A DNA stretch of 64,000 bases, from positions 23,233,432 to 23,297,431 of the forward strand of contig NC_092679.1 in assembly GCF_964355755.1 (NCBI RefSeq), given 5' to 3'. Source of the DNA: Antedon mediterranea. Taxonomy: Eukaryota > Animalia > Echinodermata. Positions 1-11,301 of the stretch are shown piece by piece. The position numbers and the translations under genes were made by a program. Within the stretch, counting starts at the first letter, position 1. Every line of letters begins with the position of its first letter. Below the pieces are notes generated by a model. It did not search any database. It had not been told where the DNA came from and saw nothing but the letters and a program-made list of their open reading frames with translations.

Positions 1-707
1 GCCGCCGCTGTCTGAATGGGCAGCCTATTTAGGATATAGCCAGCAGCAGGCCTAGCCTACTACTAGTAGGCCTAGGCCTAGTAGTTATACGTTAGGTAGG
101 TTTCCTACTAAATAAAATTCGTTTATATTCTTAAATTGCACAGATAATGCTAGTCCTAGAATATAATACAAACGTTTGTCTGATAACACAGTAAAACCAA
201 CCCTTTTTAAGCCATAACAACACACAACAAACCACCTGTTTTCAATTTTGTGTTTTAAAAGAAAACGCCCTCACTTAAAACTAATTACAAAAAACTTAGT
301 AGCCAATCAAATTGTCGTATTTATTTTTGTATAGCACACCAAAAAACTGACTTTTGTTTAATTCATTTAAAAAACATATTAAAACATTGGTATTGCACAA
401 AGTTATAGTTGCTGTGTTCACGCAAAATACTTATAATACTAATTCATTACACTTTTCATCCAATTCCGCCAACCAAAATCTCACAGCAACGCGCTGCATC
501 CACAGATCCTCCTCGCATCTAGGCCTATATTTCATTTCTTCTTTCGTTATTCTTACCTGTGTTCGATTTCCTTTCTATATTATTTAATAAAAAAATGTAA
601 TTGCTATGTACTTTGTTGACTCCAAACTAACTCTTATGGAATAACGTTCACTTCGATTTTCTCACTAATCCCACCCTCAACAAATTCTAATCAATGTTTA
701 GAAGTAA

Positions 708-1201
708 CTTACATAGGCCTACCATACAGGTCGTCATTGTGAGGTATTCTACTCACCTCCCTCATCGGAGCCAATTTTCTTTTGCATACTTAAATATATT
801 TATTCTATTCTTAATTTCATAATTACCCTTCTAGAAATACAAGGGTTGAGAAAAATTGAGTTAGAACTAAATAGTTGTTCCTCTGCACGGAAATCTTTAG
901 TAAAAGGCGAAAGATTTATGCGTGATGCAGAGAAACTAGAGTAACAACAATTACGTCACTTACAGTATATGTATGTCATTCCATATCGCAATAGATGGGT
1001 GTTGGTTATTCGTTTAATATAAATAATAAATATAACAAACTGAAACTGTAAAAGATTTTAAAAGCGTTATAAGATAAACTAACTGTAGCATTACAAAAAT
1101 GGTTAAACTTACTATTCATTTATACAAATGAAAATTGACTCCGATGAGGGAGGTGAGTAGAATACCTTACAATGACGACCTGTATGGTAGGCCTATGTAA
1201 G
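708..1201. repeat. ~71-bp inverted repeat pair (708-778 / 1131-1201) around a ~350-bp spacer
   Basis: CTTACATAGGCCTACCATACAGGTCGTCATTGT...CATCGGAGCCAATTTT and its reverse complement, 2 mismatches by eye. Confidence 0.9.
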
Positions 1202-4200
1202 AAGAATAATTTTGGTTAAATATTTAAAGTTGAAAACTGTTGAAACAATGCTGCTTATTTGCATACTAAAATTAATTTTTCCAGGTGACAATTTTGTTGC
1301 CATTTCGTAAAATTTAAGACAGAATTTTTTTTAAATTGACAAAAGAATTAAGACTGAATATTTCATAGCCCACATGTATTTTTCTCTCTCTTATTTTTTA
1401 GTATCGATCGCACAGTTTTCTTGAAGTTCTCAAAACTATTTTACGTGTTCGCGTTGCGTGCTTAGATCAAGGGCGTCGCGTAATTACCGCGTGTTGCGTA
1501 AATTCGTTGCTCGTACCAACGAGTTGCCACAGTACCATGCCAACAATAACATTCTATTTTACATTGTGTATTTTGCTTTTGCTGCTAGACAAGTACCTTT
1601 TACAAAATCTCAGGTACTATTTTATAATTATACGAAATTATTTGCAATTATGGGATTGTCTTAAACGAAAAGTAAGGTGCAACCTGACTTTAACGATAAT
1701 CAATCCCACTTATCATCAAAGAAATTACAAGTAAGTAGAAAGGTAAACAGAATTCTTATGATTTTTTGGCGGAGACAAAACAAAGTTGACGTCATGTCAT
1801 TTATTCTACTCTTACTTTCATAAATTACCCTTGTAGAAATACAAGGGTTGAGAAAAATTGAGTTAAAACTCAATAGTTGTTCCTCTACACGGAAATCTTT
1901 AGTAAAAGGCGAAAGATTTATACGTGATGCAGAGAAACTAGAGTAAAGATCGAGAAACATGTGACAATGGGAATATGTATAATTAAAATTACCTATCGAA
2001 ATAAATTTCAAATTGTCTCTGTATATATGTTGAAACAATGCTGCTTATTTGCATATTCGAATTATTTTCCAAGGTGAAAATTAATTGTGTTGCCAGTGTG
2101 TAAAATGTAAGAGTTTTAATACTTGACAAAAGAATTAAGACTGAATATTGCATAGCACACATGTATTTTTCTCTTTCTTTATATTATTTAGTTACTGATC
2201 GCAAAGCTTTCTTGAAATTCTCAACTATTTTACGTTTTCGTGTTGGGTAGTGCGTCCCGTGATTTCCGCGTGTTGCGTACATTCGTTGCTCGTACCAACG
2301 ATTTGCCACAGTTACCATGCCAACAATAACATTCTATAATTATTCTGTGTATTGCTTTTGCTGCTAGACAAGTACTTTTTACAAAAAGTTAAATCGAATT
2401 CTTAAGATTTTCTTGGGGAGATCAAAAAAAGTTACAATTTACTTTGAGTCGTTGATTTACAGCATATTAATGTTAGACCTCTACAATGATTCCAACACGA
2501 TTTTTCCTGAGCTGTATGCAATTAAATCTTGTACATTTAATAAACAATATATTCATTCTATTATTAATTTCATAAATTACCCTTGTATAAATACAGGGGT
2601 TAAGAAAAATTGAGGTAAAACTCAATAGTTGTTCCTCTACACGGAAATCTTTAGTAAAAGGCGAAAGATTTATGCGTGATGCAGAAAAACCAGAGTAAAG
2701 ATAAACATGTGACAATGGGAATATGTATAAAATTACCTATCGAAATAAATAGGTTTCAAATAGAAAAATTGGTGAACCTGTATTGAGGGTTTTAACACTA
2801 CAGCTCTAAAGTATCTTAATATAGGTTAAACACATTATTATAAAAATAGTAACGTAAATATTAACCAAACATTGAGAAAAAAGTACAAAAACCATGACCT
2901 CATTTGCATATTTGAAATAGTTATTGAAAATCGCGTTCGTTGTTACGTAACAGAGCGTTCAATGGAATACAGTACAATATTGTGTTGAAAACAATTGTTT
3001 AAAGACTTTAATTATTGATAATTTGCTATGCCTATGATTTTAATTTAAAATACATCATAATGGGTACTGTGTAGCTTCATAATAACCAAATCAAGTTTAT
3101 TCTACAAATCACCATTAAATATAAATGTAGGCCTATATCTCGTAGGCTGTCTTGACAATAATTAAATAATCATGTTTTATGCTTAAATTAAAAGTGTTCC
3201 AGTCGTTTGTTTTTAGTGAAAATGTTGCATAATAATAGAACAAAAGTTAATTAACGAAGGTGCGAAGTTTCATTGAAATAAAACAATTAGAATACCCTTT
3301 TGCTAAGGCGTAGACTTTAACGCCCTGTATTTTTTGGTATTTGTAATTTCCTGTTACTTAACTTTAAAATCATTTTTCTTTAAACACTGATTGTAACAGC
3401 CAAAACTTTAGACTGAGATATCTCTGGAAGTAGACATTGTATTAAGATATTTTTTCAGCATTTTAAATCTTGCATTATGTAGTTTTAGTATTTGTGAAAA
3501 TCTCAATTTTGAAAACTTCCGAATTATGTCTGATTTTTATTGCATGTTTCATAATATTAAAAAGTAACAGGCCTACATTGCAGGTCCTATCACTTGGTAT
3601 TCTAGTCAAATCAATTCGGCCTTTCCTGAGCTGTATGCAATCTTTTGATATTTATTCTATTTTTAAATTCATAAATTACCCTTGTAATCAGTCCCACCTA
3701 AAAGAAATAAATTGCAAGAAGGAAAGTAGAAAGTTACACCGAATTCTTAGGATTTGCTGGCGGAGATCAAAGTTGATGTCATGCCTACAACACAGGTCCT
3801 CATCACGTGGTATTCTAGTCAAATCACCTTTCCCTGGACTCCATGCGAGTAAATCTTTTGTATACTTATTAAAAATATATTTATTCTAATCTTTATTTTA
3901 TAAATTACCCTTATACAAATACAAGGGTTGAGAAAAATTGAGTTAAAACTCAATAGTTGTTCCTCTACACGGAAATCTTTAGTAAAAGGCGAAAGATTTA
4001 TGCGTGATGCAGAGAAACCAGAGTAACGAGACATACGTCACTTAGAGTTTATGTATGGAATTCCACATCGCAATATATAGGTTTTGATTATTCGTTTAAT
4101 ATAAATACAGATATAAACCAACTAAAACTGTAGAAGATTGTAAATTATCTTTAGGTTAAACCTAATTTAGCATTAGAAAAAGTTTTAACTAATTGTTGTA

Positions 4201-4260
4201 TTCAGAATAATGTTAATTGTAGTTAGTTAAATAGTCTAAAGTTAAAAATTGAACAATGTT
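800..4260 (+). repeat. Mosaic local duplications upstream of ARV1
   Basis: A ~130-bp block (TTCATAAATTACCCTTGT...GATGCAGAGAAACTAGAGTAA) occurs at ~816, 1816, 2569 and 3897. The ~370-bp block at 1237-1610 is repeated at ~2028-2385. Confidence 0.9.
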
Positions 4261-4385
4261 TAAATGATTTGCATATTATTCAAATTAGTTTTAGTATGTT
4301 GTGTGTGGTGTTTGTTTATTATCGCACGCATCAGTGATTTAGTCGCCATGTGTGACCGAAATCACTGATGCGTATTATTTTAGAG

Positions 4386-4517
4386 ATGGAGAAAACTTTA
4401 CAACAAAAAAGACGTATTAGTAGAGAAAATAATTCATTTGTGTGTATTAATTGTGGTCAAACCAACAATGAACTGTACAGAGAAATCTTGAAAGATGTAA
4501 TCAAGCTTAGTCATTGT
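4386..4517 (+). CDS. ARV1: ARV1 exon 1
   Basis: MEKTLQ...CINCGQ...KLSHC, then donor GTAAGC. Confidence 0.9.
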
Positions 4518-7500
4518 GTAAGCAAGATACTTATGTTCGTTATTAAAAGCTAGGCCACAAAGCGAAGGCATGATTGATTATACAGGCAGCAGGGAGGGAG
4601 GCCGCCAGAGTAGTAGTAAATCACTACATAACTACTGGCTGTAGGCCTAGCATAATGTAGACCTGAAATAAGCCAGACCTAGCTTAGCATTTCGTTTATA
4701 TTTAATCTTGATGTGTTTTTAGCAGTTTGTCTTTCTCAGACCTATAATATATAGATTAGAATAGTAGCTATATCACTCTAGCTATATAGGTGTTTTACTG
4801 TTCTGTAACTGTATGTATGTTTGTTGGCCTCTATCAACCCAGCTTAAATTTCGTCAAAGCTTAATTATAATAAATAAATGTATTCTATTTGCAGGAATCT
4901 TGTTCTAAAGTTGTTGATAAATATGTAGAGTTTGATCCTGTTATCATCCTGCTTGATGCATTGTTATTTAGAGAGGAGGCATATTGCCACATCATATACA
5001 ATGCTAGAGTAAAGGTAGGGCAGAGTTTGGGTTGGTACAATCATTCATCTTTTCTATTATTACGATATTATTTGTTTTCACTAATAATAATATCCTGGAT
5101 TTATAAAGCGCCTAATGTTACAAGCAATGTGATTGTGGATTCTGTCATCCAGGAGAAAACTTGGAAAACCAAGAGCACAATGCTTTTAGGCCAGGTGACA
5201 ATACAGGAGTCTCCAACCGATATGGCAATGTTGACATATGATTGGAAGGAGGCACTTAAATGTTTATTACAAACTAATTATTTTCAATTTTCTAGTTCCA
5301 ATGGAAACTGTGTGTGGTGTACCTACTATGTGATGCTTATATGAAGTGGGCGCATTTGCAAAATGACGAAACAAACGGTTCAAAACGGTTTCTACAGTTT
5401 GCATTACGCTGGGATTTCTATGCAATGTTTCTGATTGCAGCTCTTGGTAAAATTTACTTACTTATTTTATAATAAGTTTGACATTTAATGGTTTATTGTT
5501 TTTCTGATACATGTTAATTTTTTATTTGACTTTGATATAAGCAATATGTATAAAGGGTTAGTTTCAAACTGTTACAACATAAAAACAGGAAAGGGAAGGG
5601 AGTGGGGGTCAACAAGGAATGGGGTCAACAAGGAATGGGGTCAACAAGGAATGGGGTCATCCATAGAAAACATTAAACTCCTTTTCTTTCTATTTTCAAA
5701 AGTGGGGACAAGATCTGGCGCCCTCTAAATTTGAATACGAACAGCCCTCTACAGCACACAGACCTTCACCTTCCGTAAAGTTTGCAATTGGACAGGAAAG
5801 TCAACTAATGACTAAACAATGGTGATGTCATGACCTAACCCATTTATGCGTGACCTTGTTGACATTATGTTTTGACCTTAATCAACATCTGATGTTTGTC
5901 AACAAATTTTATTTATGCTAGAAATCTCATTGGTGCAATGTCGCAACAGTCACTTATGAATCAGAATTATTATAATATACAAAAGTCATGTTTTTCTGTT
6001 TAATGCCTTTCATACTATTTTAATAGCTTTAACCTTTCTGATACAGAAATTAATATGGTTAACATGCAAATAAATACAATGTCTTCTTTTAAAATGTTAA
6101 AAAGCCCCCATACAGCTGTTCAACACTCAAACAAACACCTCCTTCAACCTCCTGAATTCCATGTCATAACACCACAATTGGCAAATCAACATTTCTCACC
6201 AAACTTGTTAATGGCTTGATGTAGCCTAGTTCACTTAAAATATAGAAACTTGATTTCCTTTGACAGTTTAAGTGGATCAATTCATAGAATTAGATCAACC
6301 AATCAGCATAGTTAGTAAAAGTTCTTGCAAACAATCTTATTGGCTCAGCTTCTCATTAGCATAAATAGTTCATGATCTATGTGTTCTGTTTCTCATTATC
6401 ATGCTAAACATACTATGATGATAGATCATGATAGTTAAGTCACGATATTATATATGAACGCGTCTATGACAGTCTTTTTGGTATGGTATGCGTGAAAGTT
6501 CAAAACACTGCCTTCAGGTCTAATGAGGTAATGACTCTTTTCCTGATTCTTTTCCCCCACTAGTTATCTTTTTCTTCGTAAACAGATCAAAGTTTTAAAA
6601 ATGTGATGCACCCTCACATTGTATAAACCCCATGGTCTACTACTCCAAGGATAACATGTTCCCCCGGGGTCAGTTGTCCTCAATATATTTCCTTTTCGAT
6701 TACTATTGAAGGTACATGGTCACTTTTGCAAAAAAAACTTTGTCTAAACTTTCATTGATTGACATAGCATGTACAATGATCATTATTGGATAAAACTATT
6801 TGATTGATCTACACAATAAAAATTCATTCAATATAAAGTTATATAAAACAATTACTTTTTTTTATAGAGTTGATGGTGTTTTTAATTTGTGTAATGTTAT
6901 CCGTTAGCTTTTTGTTTTGGAGAAGAAATGAACAAATGGAAAAGAAAGAGTAAGTGAAAATTATTTTAAAATAAATTCGGTTTAGCCTTTCAACTGAGTT
7001 GTGGATTATTTGTACCAAATAAAAAATACATTTTATGATGTGACTGACATACTGTACAGGGTTGAACCCAGTTTTTCTAGCAGTATTTGTTTGAACCTCT
7101 CTGCAAGTTTTGACAAGAATATCTAACTCAAAACATATGATCTACAGTCAGTTTTATAAATTATAAATTGTTACAAGAGAACAAATTCAAAACATATGAC
7201 CTGTTTCCAGGGTTATTATAAAATGCATTCTCTAAATTCTGAATTAATACAAGAAAATTAACTCAAAACACATGATCTATTTCCAGTTTTTCCACAGTAT
7301 TTTTAAATTATAAATTATTATTACAAGAAAATTAACTCAAAACACATGATCTATTTTCAGTTATATCTGCCTTCACAAAGCATTACTTCTGTCTTGTTAT
7401 GGTAAACTTCTCGTCATCCCGGCTGTCATCTGGGGTCAAGTAGATAGCCTTGGCTGTCTTTGGTTGACTAGACTGTTCATGTTATTGTCTTGTACCCAGT

Positions 7501-7991
7501 CAGTTCAAAGTAAGTGATGAAATGCTTCCGTAGACTTGATTGCTGGTGACAGACTGAATTGTTTTTCGAATACAATAAAACTTTCTAGCAAAATGTTATC
7601 TAGAAAAGACCATCCACTCTCAAGGCCTCATGACTGAAGACAGTATATAAAATAATAAACAAATCATAAAATTGATATTGTTTTTTTACGGAATCACAGA
7701 GAAAAAATTTGGACACAAAATCCATTGTCAATCAAAGAAATTTGGACGATGGAAAACACAAAGAGCAATGAGCAACGATGACGAACACTTTGTTCTCGAT
7801 ATTGAGTCAAAGATACAGTTTGAATATTTCAATATCTGAATATCATAAATGTTTTTTTTTATCTCATTTCAGTTATTTTAAATAGCAGCGTTCTGTTGGC
7901 GATTACAATTGTTCTGATTGCGTTTGGTTTTGAGACTCTCGTTGCGACAACAAGCCCGCTACTGCTACCATACCTCATTGGGGTTGGATGA
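4386..7991 (+). CDS. ARV1: ARV1 (ER sterol homeostasis / GPI-biosynthesis-associated membrane protein), 6 coding exons, 250 aa
   Basis: Exons 4386-4517, 4895-5014, 5296-5446, 6868-6949, 7361-7509 and 7873-7991. All introns are GT-AG with consistent phases, total 753 nt. The protein has the Arv1 homology domain (CINCG...LSHCESCSKVVDKYVEFDPVIILLDALL...AYCHIIYN) and the motifs KLCVVYLLCDAYMKW, WDFYAMFLIAALE and KALLLSCYGKLLVIPAVIW, recognised from vertebrate ARV1. An in-frame upstream ATG at 4368 is an alternative start. Confidence 0.95.
4895..5014 (+). CDS. ARV1: ARV1 exon 2
   Basis: tttgcag|ESCSKVVDKYVEFD...NARVK|gtaggg. Confidence 0.95.
5296..5446 (+). CDS. ARV1: ARV1 exon 3
   Basis: ttctag|FQWKLCVVYLLCDAYMKW...WDFYAMFLIAAL|gtaaaa. 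Confidence 0.93.
5605..5658 (+). repeat. Short tandem repeat GGGGTCAACAAGGAAT x3
   Basis: Seen directly, in ARV1 intron 3. Confidence 0.9.
6868..6949 (+). CDS. ARV1: ARV1 exon 4
   Basis: tttatag|(E)LMVFLICVMLSVSFLFWRRNEQMEKK|gtaagt; phase 1 to phase 2, hydrophobic segment. Confidence 0.88.
7361..7509 (+). CDS. ARV1: ARV1 exon 5
   Basis: ttttcag|YICLHKALLLSCYGKLLVIPAVIWG...SVQ|gtaagt. Confidence 0.93.
7873..7991 (+). CDS. ARV1: ARV1 exon 6 (terminal)
   Basis: atttcag|ILNSSVLLAITIVLIAFGFETL...IGVG*. Confidence 0.88.
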
Positions 7992-8500
7992 AGGATGACA
8001 GGATTATTCAATTTCAGTACAAGAAAAATATCTTACAATTCGACCAAATTGAATCGATGAATTTGAACACAAGAAAATGGATTTTCATACTATCATAGAC
8101 AGATTAGTGTAACTACAGTCTCAAATGTGATGTTGTATCATTGAATGGTCTACGATACTGCCCAGTTGTCCTAGTAACAGTAGGATAACCAGACAACTTT
8201 CAAAGCACAGGACAGTGGTTACAAATATTAAACTGTACATCTTTTCCATTTGTTCAGTATTAAGGCCTCCTAGTATTTGCATCATTGATGCCTGTACAGA
8301 TTAGTTTATATACATACCATGTGTAAATTATGCATATCTATTATGCACATTAATTTTCTATGCTTTGGTAATAAAATGTTGAGTTTATACTTCTTTTGTA
8401 TGTCAAAACAGCAAAACAATTTTAGCAATATATGAGGGTAAACATTCAAGAAAACAGACCAAAAAAACCACCACAAAAGCTTTGCTCTTAAACTGACAAA

Positions 8501-9048
8501 ACAAAAGACTAGGAAGACAAGAGAGTTTTTTTTGGCAGCTCCAACATTGTGGAATTGGCTCAACAAAAGACTAGGAAGACAAGAGAGTTTCTTTGGCAGC
8601 TCCAACATTGTGGAATTGGCTCAACAAAAGACTAGGAAGACAAGAGAGTTTTTTTGGCAGCTCCAACATTGTGGAATTGGCTCAACAAAAGACTAGGAAG
8701 ACAAGAGAGTTTTTTTGGCAGCTCCAACATTGTGGAATTGGCTCAACATAAGACTAGGAAGACAAGAGAGTTTCTTTGGCAGCTCCAACATTGTGGAATT
8801 GGCTCAACAAAAGACTAGGAAGACAAGAGAGTTTTTTTGGCAGCTCCAACATTGTGGAATTGGCTCAACAAAAGACTAGGAAGACAAGAGAGTTTTTTTG
8901 GCAGCTCCAACATTGTGGAATTGGCTCAACATAAGACTAGGAAGACAAGAGAGTTTCTTTGGCAGCTCCAACATTGTGGAATTGGCTCAACAAAAGACTA
9001 GGAAGACAAGAGAGTTTCTTTGGCAGCTCCAACATTGTGGAATTGGCT
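8501..9048 (+). repeat. 61-bp minisatellite, ~9 copies, downstream of the ARV1 stop
   Basis: Unit CAACAAAAGACTAGGAAGACAAGAGAGTTTYTTTGGCAGCTCCAACATTGTGGAATTGGCT; unit starts at 8561, 8622, 8683... Confidence 0.97.
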
Positions 9049-10999
9049 TATCACCCTCAATCCAACAGTGCACTACAAAATATTTGTCATTTATCTTTTT
9101 AATTTCTCTTTTACTTTAATTTAAGAACCTGCTTTTATGCATATAAGAATAATTATTTTATTATTGTTTATGAAATATTGATGGTCATACCCCACACTAT
9201 TAAACTTTATGTGATGTGCCCATATATGGACATGATGATGTCATATCACTATCATGTTTGGGCACATCACACTTTTTGGTCACATAAACTTTGATAGTGT
9301 AGACAGAGCTTAAGTCACAAATCCATACTAGTTATTAAAACAAAACATCAGATTAATCATCTTTTGAATGACAGAACAGAACAGAACTAATAACCTGGTT
9401 TTACTCACCAATAAATAATTAAATATTTCTAAAATATTTTTTTTACGGGAAGTCCATTTTTAAAAAACATGATTCACAAAATGTCCTTGTCTGATAAGAG
9501 TACATTCAGAATGACTACAATATTGCTCATTGTTAGTCATTGCATGTGAGAATATAACCAAACCTGTATTGTCAATGTTCCAACAAAATGACAATTTCTA
9601 GATGTGTTTGTTAGTACAAGTTTGTGGTGTTCACCGTCTAATAGATAACTCCCTATTGGCAATTCAATCTACCCAACGGATATGGAAATTATGAATTGTT
9701 TCTATCATATGTATCAACAGGCAATTCATATATCTTTTTTTTAAAGAATGATTTAAAATCGTAGCATGTAAACCAGATATTTGCTATTGAAATAGTTATT
9801 GATTTTTAACTAGAAAAGCAACTTTTTTTAAATATTTTAAACACATCCAACAGCAAGTAACTCGCGAATTACAGGATAGATAAACTATTTTATAATTGAT
9901 CATGCTTATAAAGTAAGTCTCATTTTAGGCTTATGGAGAAGATTTGCAAAAGATGTGAGTTACAACTATGTCACTACTGTAGGTGAGGATTGAACCCTGG
10001 ACGTTGGGATTGCAAGGCAAGCTTGTTAACTACAGTACCATGCTACAGCTCCAAAACTTGTTGTACAGTGCTGTAGCATTGCTCTTGTGTGGAGTTTCTT
10101 TGAAAAAAAGCAGTGTGTGTAAGTTATCATGCAGTTAAACATTGAGGCAAGTTTGAAATAATGTACATCCACCTTGCCCCCAGGACAAGGTGGAGTAAAT
10201 GACAAGTCTTAGGAGGCTAATATTGCAAATTAAAAGCTGTAATAAACTTATCAGCTTTGAAACAACAGAATGACATGTGATATTCTGACATTACTTAAGT
10301 TCCAAATTGGAAAACTTCAAAGAATAAAACAAAAGAAGCAGATATTTTCCAAAACTGAGTGATTAAAAATACCATCCAGCCAAAGGAAAGAATAAATAAA
10401 CCAATACAATTATTACTGTACTATTCACACAAAAGTTCAATATTTTTGGATCTTATTCAGAAGATTTTGATGTTGATGATGATATTGTGCAAAAATTAAT
10501 TGGCATTGAGGCATAAAGTTACAGAATTCAGAACAGAAATGGTAACTTCCATCACTCGATCTTTTTCAAATACTCATATTCATAAAGACAGATTGTTGCC
10601 AAGTTTGTCAACTTTGTTCCCCTTCTTCTAGATCTGTATATGTTGGCATGTTTCCCCATTTTTACGTCCATGGGTAATTATGACTCATGCCACTGCCATT
10701 TCTGCAATGATTCACTATTTTTAGGGAAGATCAAAAAGCTACATGGCGTGGAAAGACATCAAGATAAACAGGAAATTGTTTAAACAAGACGAAAAAAAAC
10801 TGCTGTGAGGTGAAGACTTCTCGCAGAATTTTCCATTTTTCCAATCTTTTCCAATTTGATGTTTCAACATTTTGTGTGATGTCATTTCTCTATCTTCTTT
10901 CTTTATAATCTTTTGTTTTTCTGGTTTATCTACCTGCTCTGCTAATCTCCATTCTATATCTTTGATTTCCTCTTAAAAGGTCTTTGATTCTGGGAAATA

Positions 11000-11301
11000 A
11001 GCTGTGACTTGCAACCTACTGCACTGAATTGCGCACATGTGTGGACGACACACAACTTTCTTCTCTTTGTGTCATACAGCTGCCACCAAACGACGCTTAT
11101 TCGTCTGTCCACAACAACATGGGCTGAGATGGACCAGTACACCTGGGGAATCCCCTACTCTTTTGAAAGATGCATTGGATTCTACACATGAGCCAGATGT
11201 AACTGGACCTCCACCAGACATTTGGTTGAGGAGAGCCTTGCAACTGTGCTTATTTTATGGCTATGGTTTGTGGCACCCCTGCCTTAACCACTCGGCCACT
11301 T
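11000..11301 (-). mobile_element. tRNA-derived SINE relic with a Deu/Nin-domain-like core
   Basis: The minus strand begins with A-box-like GTGGCCGAGTGGTTAAGGC. The core GAATCCAATGCATCTTTCAAAAGAGTAGGGGATTCCCCAGGTGTACTGG resembles the Deu-SINE core as recalled. Confidence 0.55.

Noticed and set aside
470-580. Minus-strand donor CAG|GTAAGA at ~557 near a GC-richer patch, a possible first exon of a divergent gene
   Set aside because: No ORF or further exons inside the window support it.
1700-4034. Three similar minus-strand ORFs (SASRINLSPFTKDFRVEEQLLSF)
   Set aside because: They come from the duplicated 130-bp block; starts, ends and frames differ and no domain is recognisable.
8501-9048. CRISPR-like appearance of the regular repeats (also 51421-54041)
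   Set aside because: Units are head-to-tail with no unique spacers, no cas genes are present, and the context is eukaryotic.
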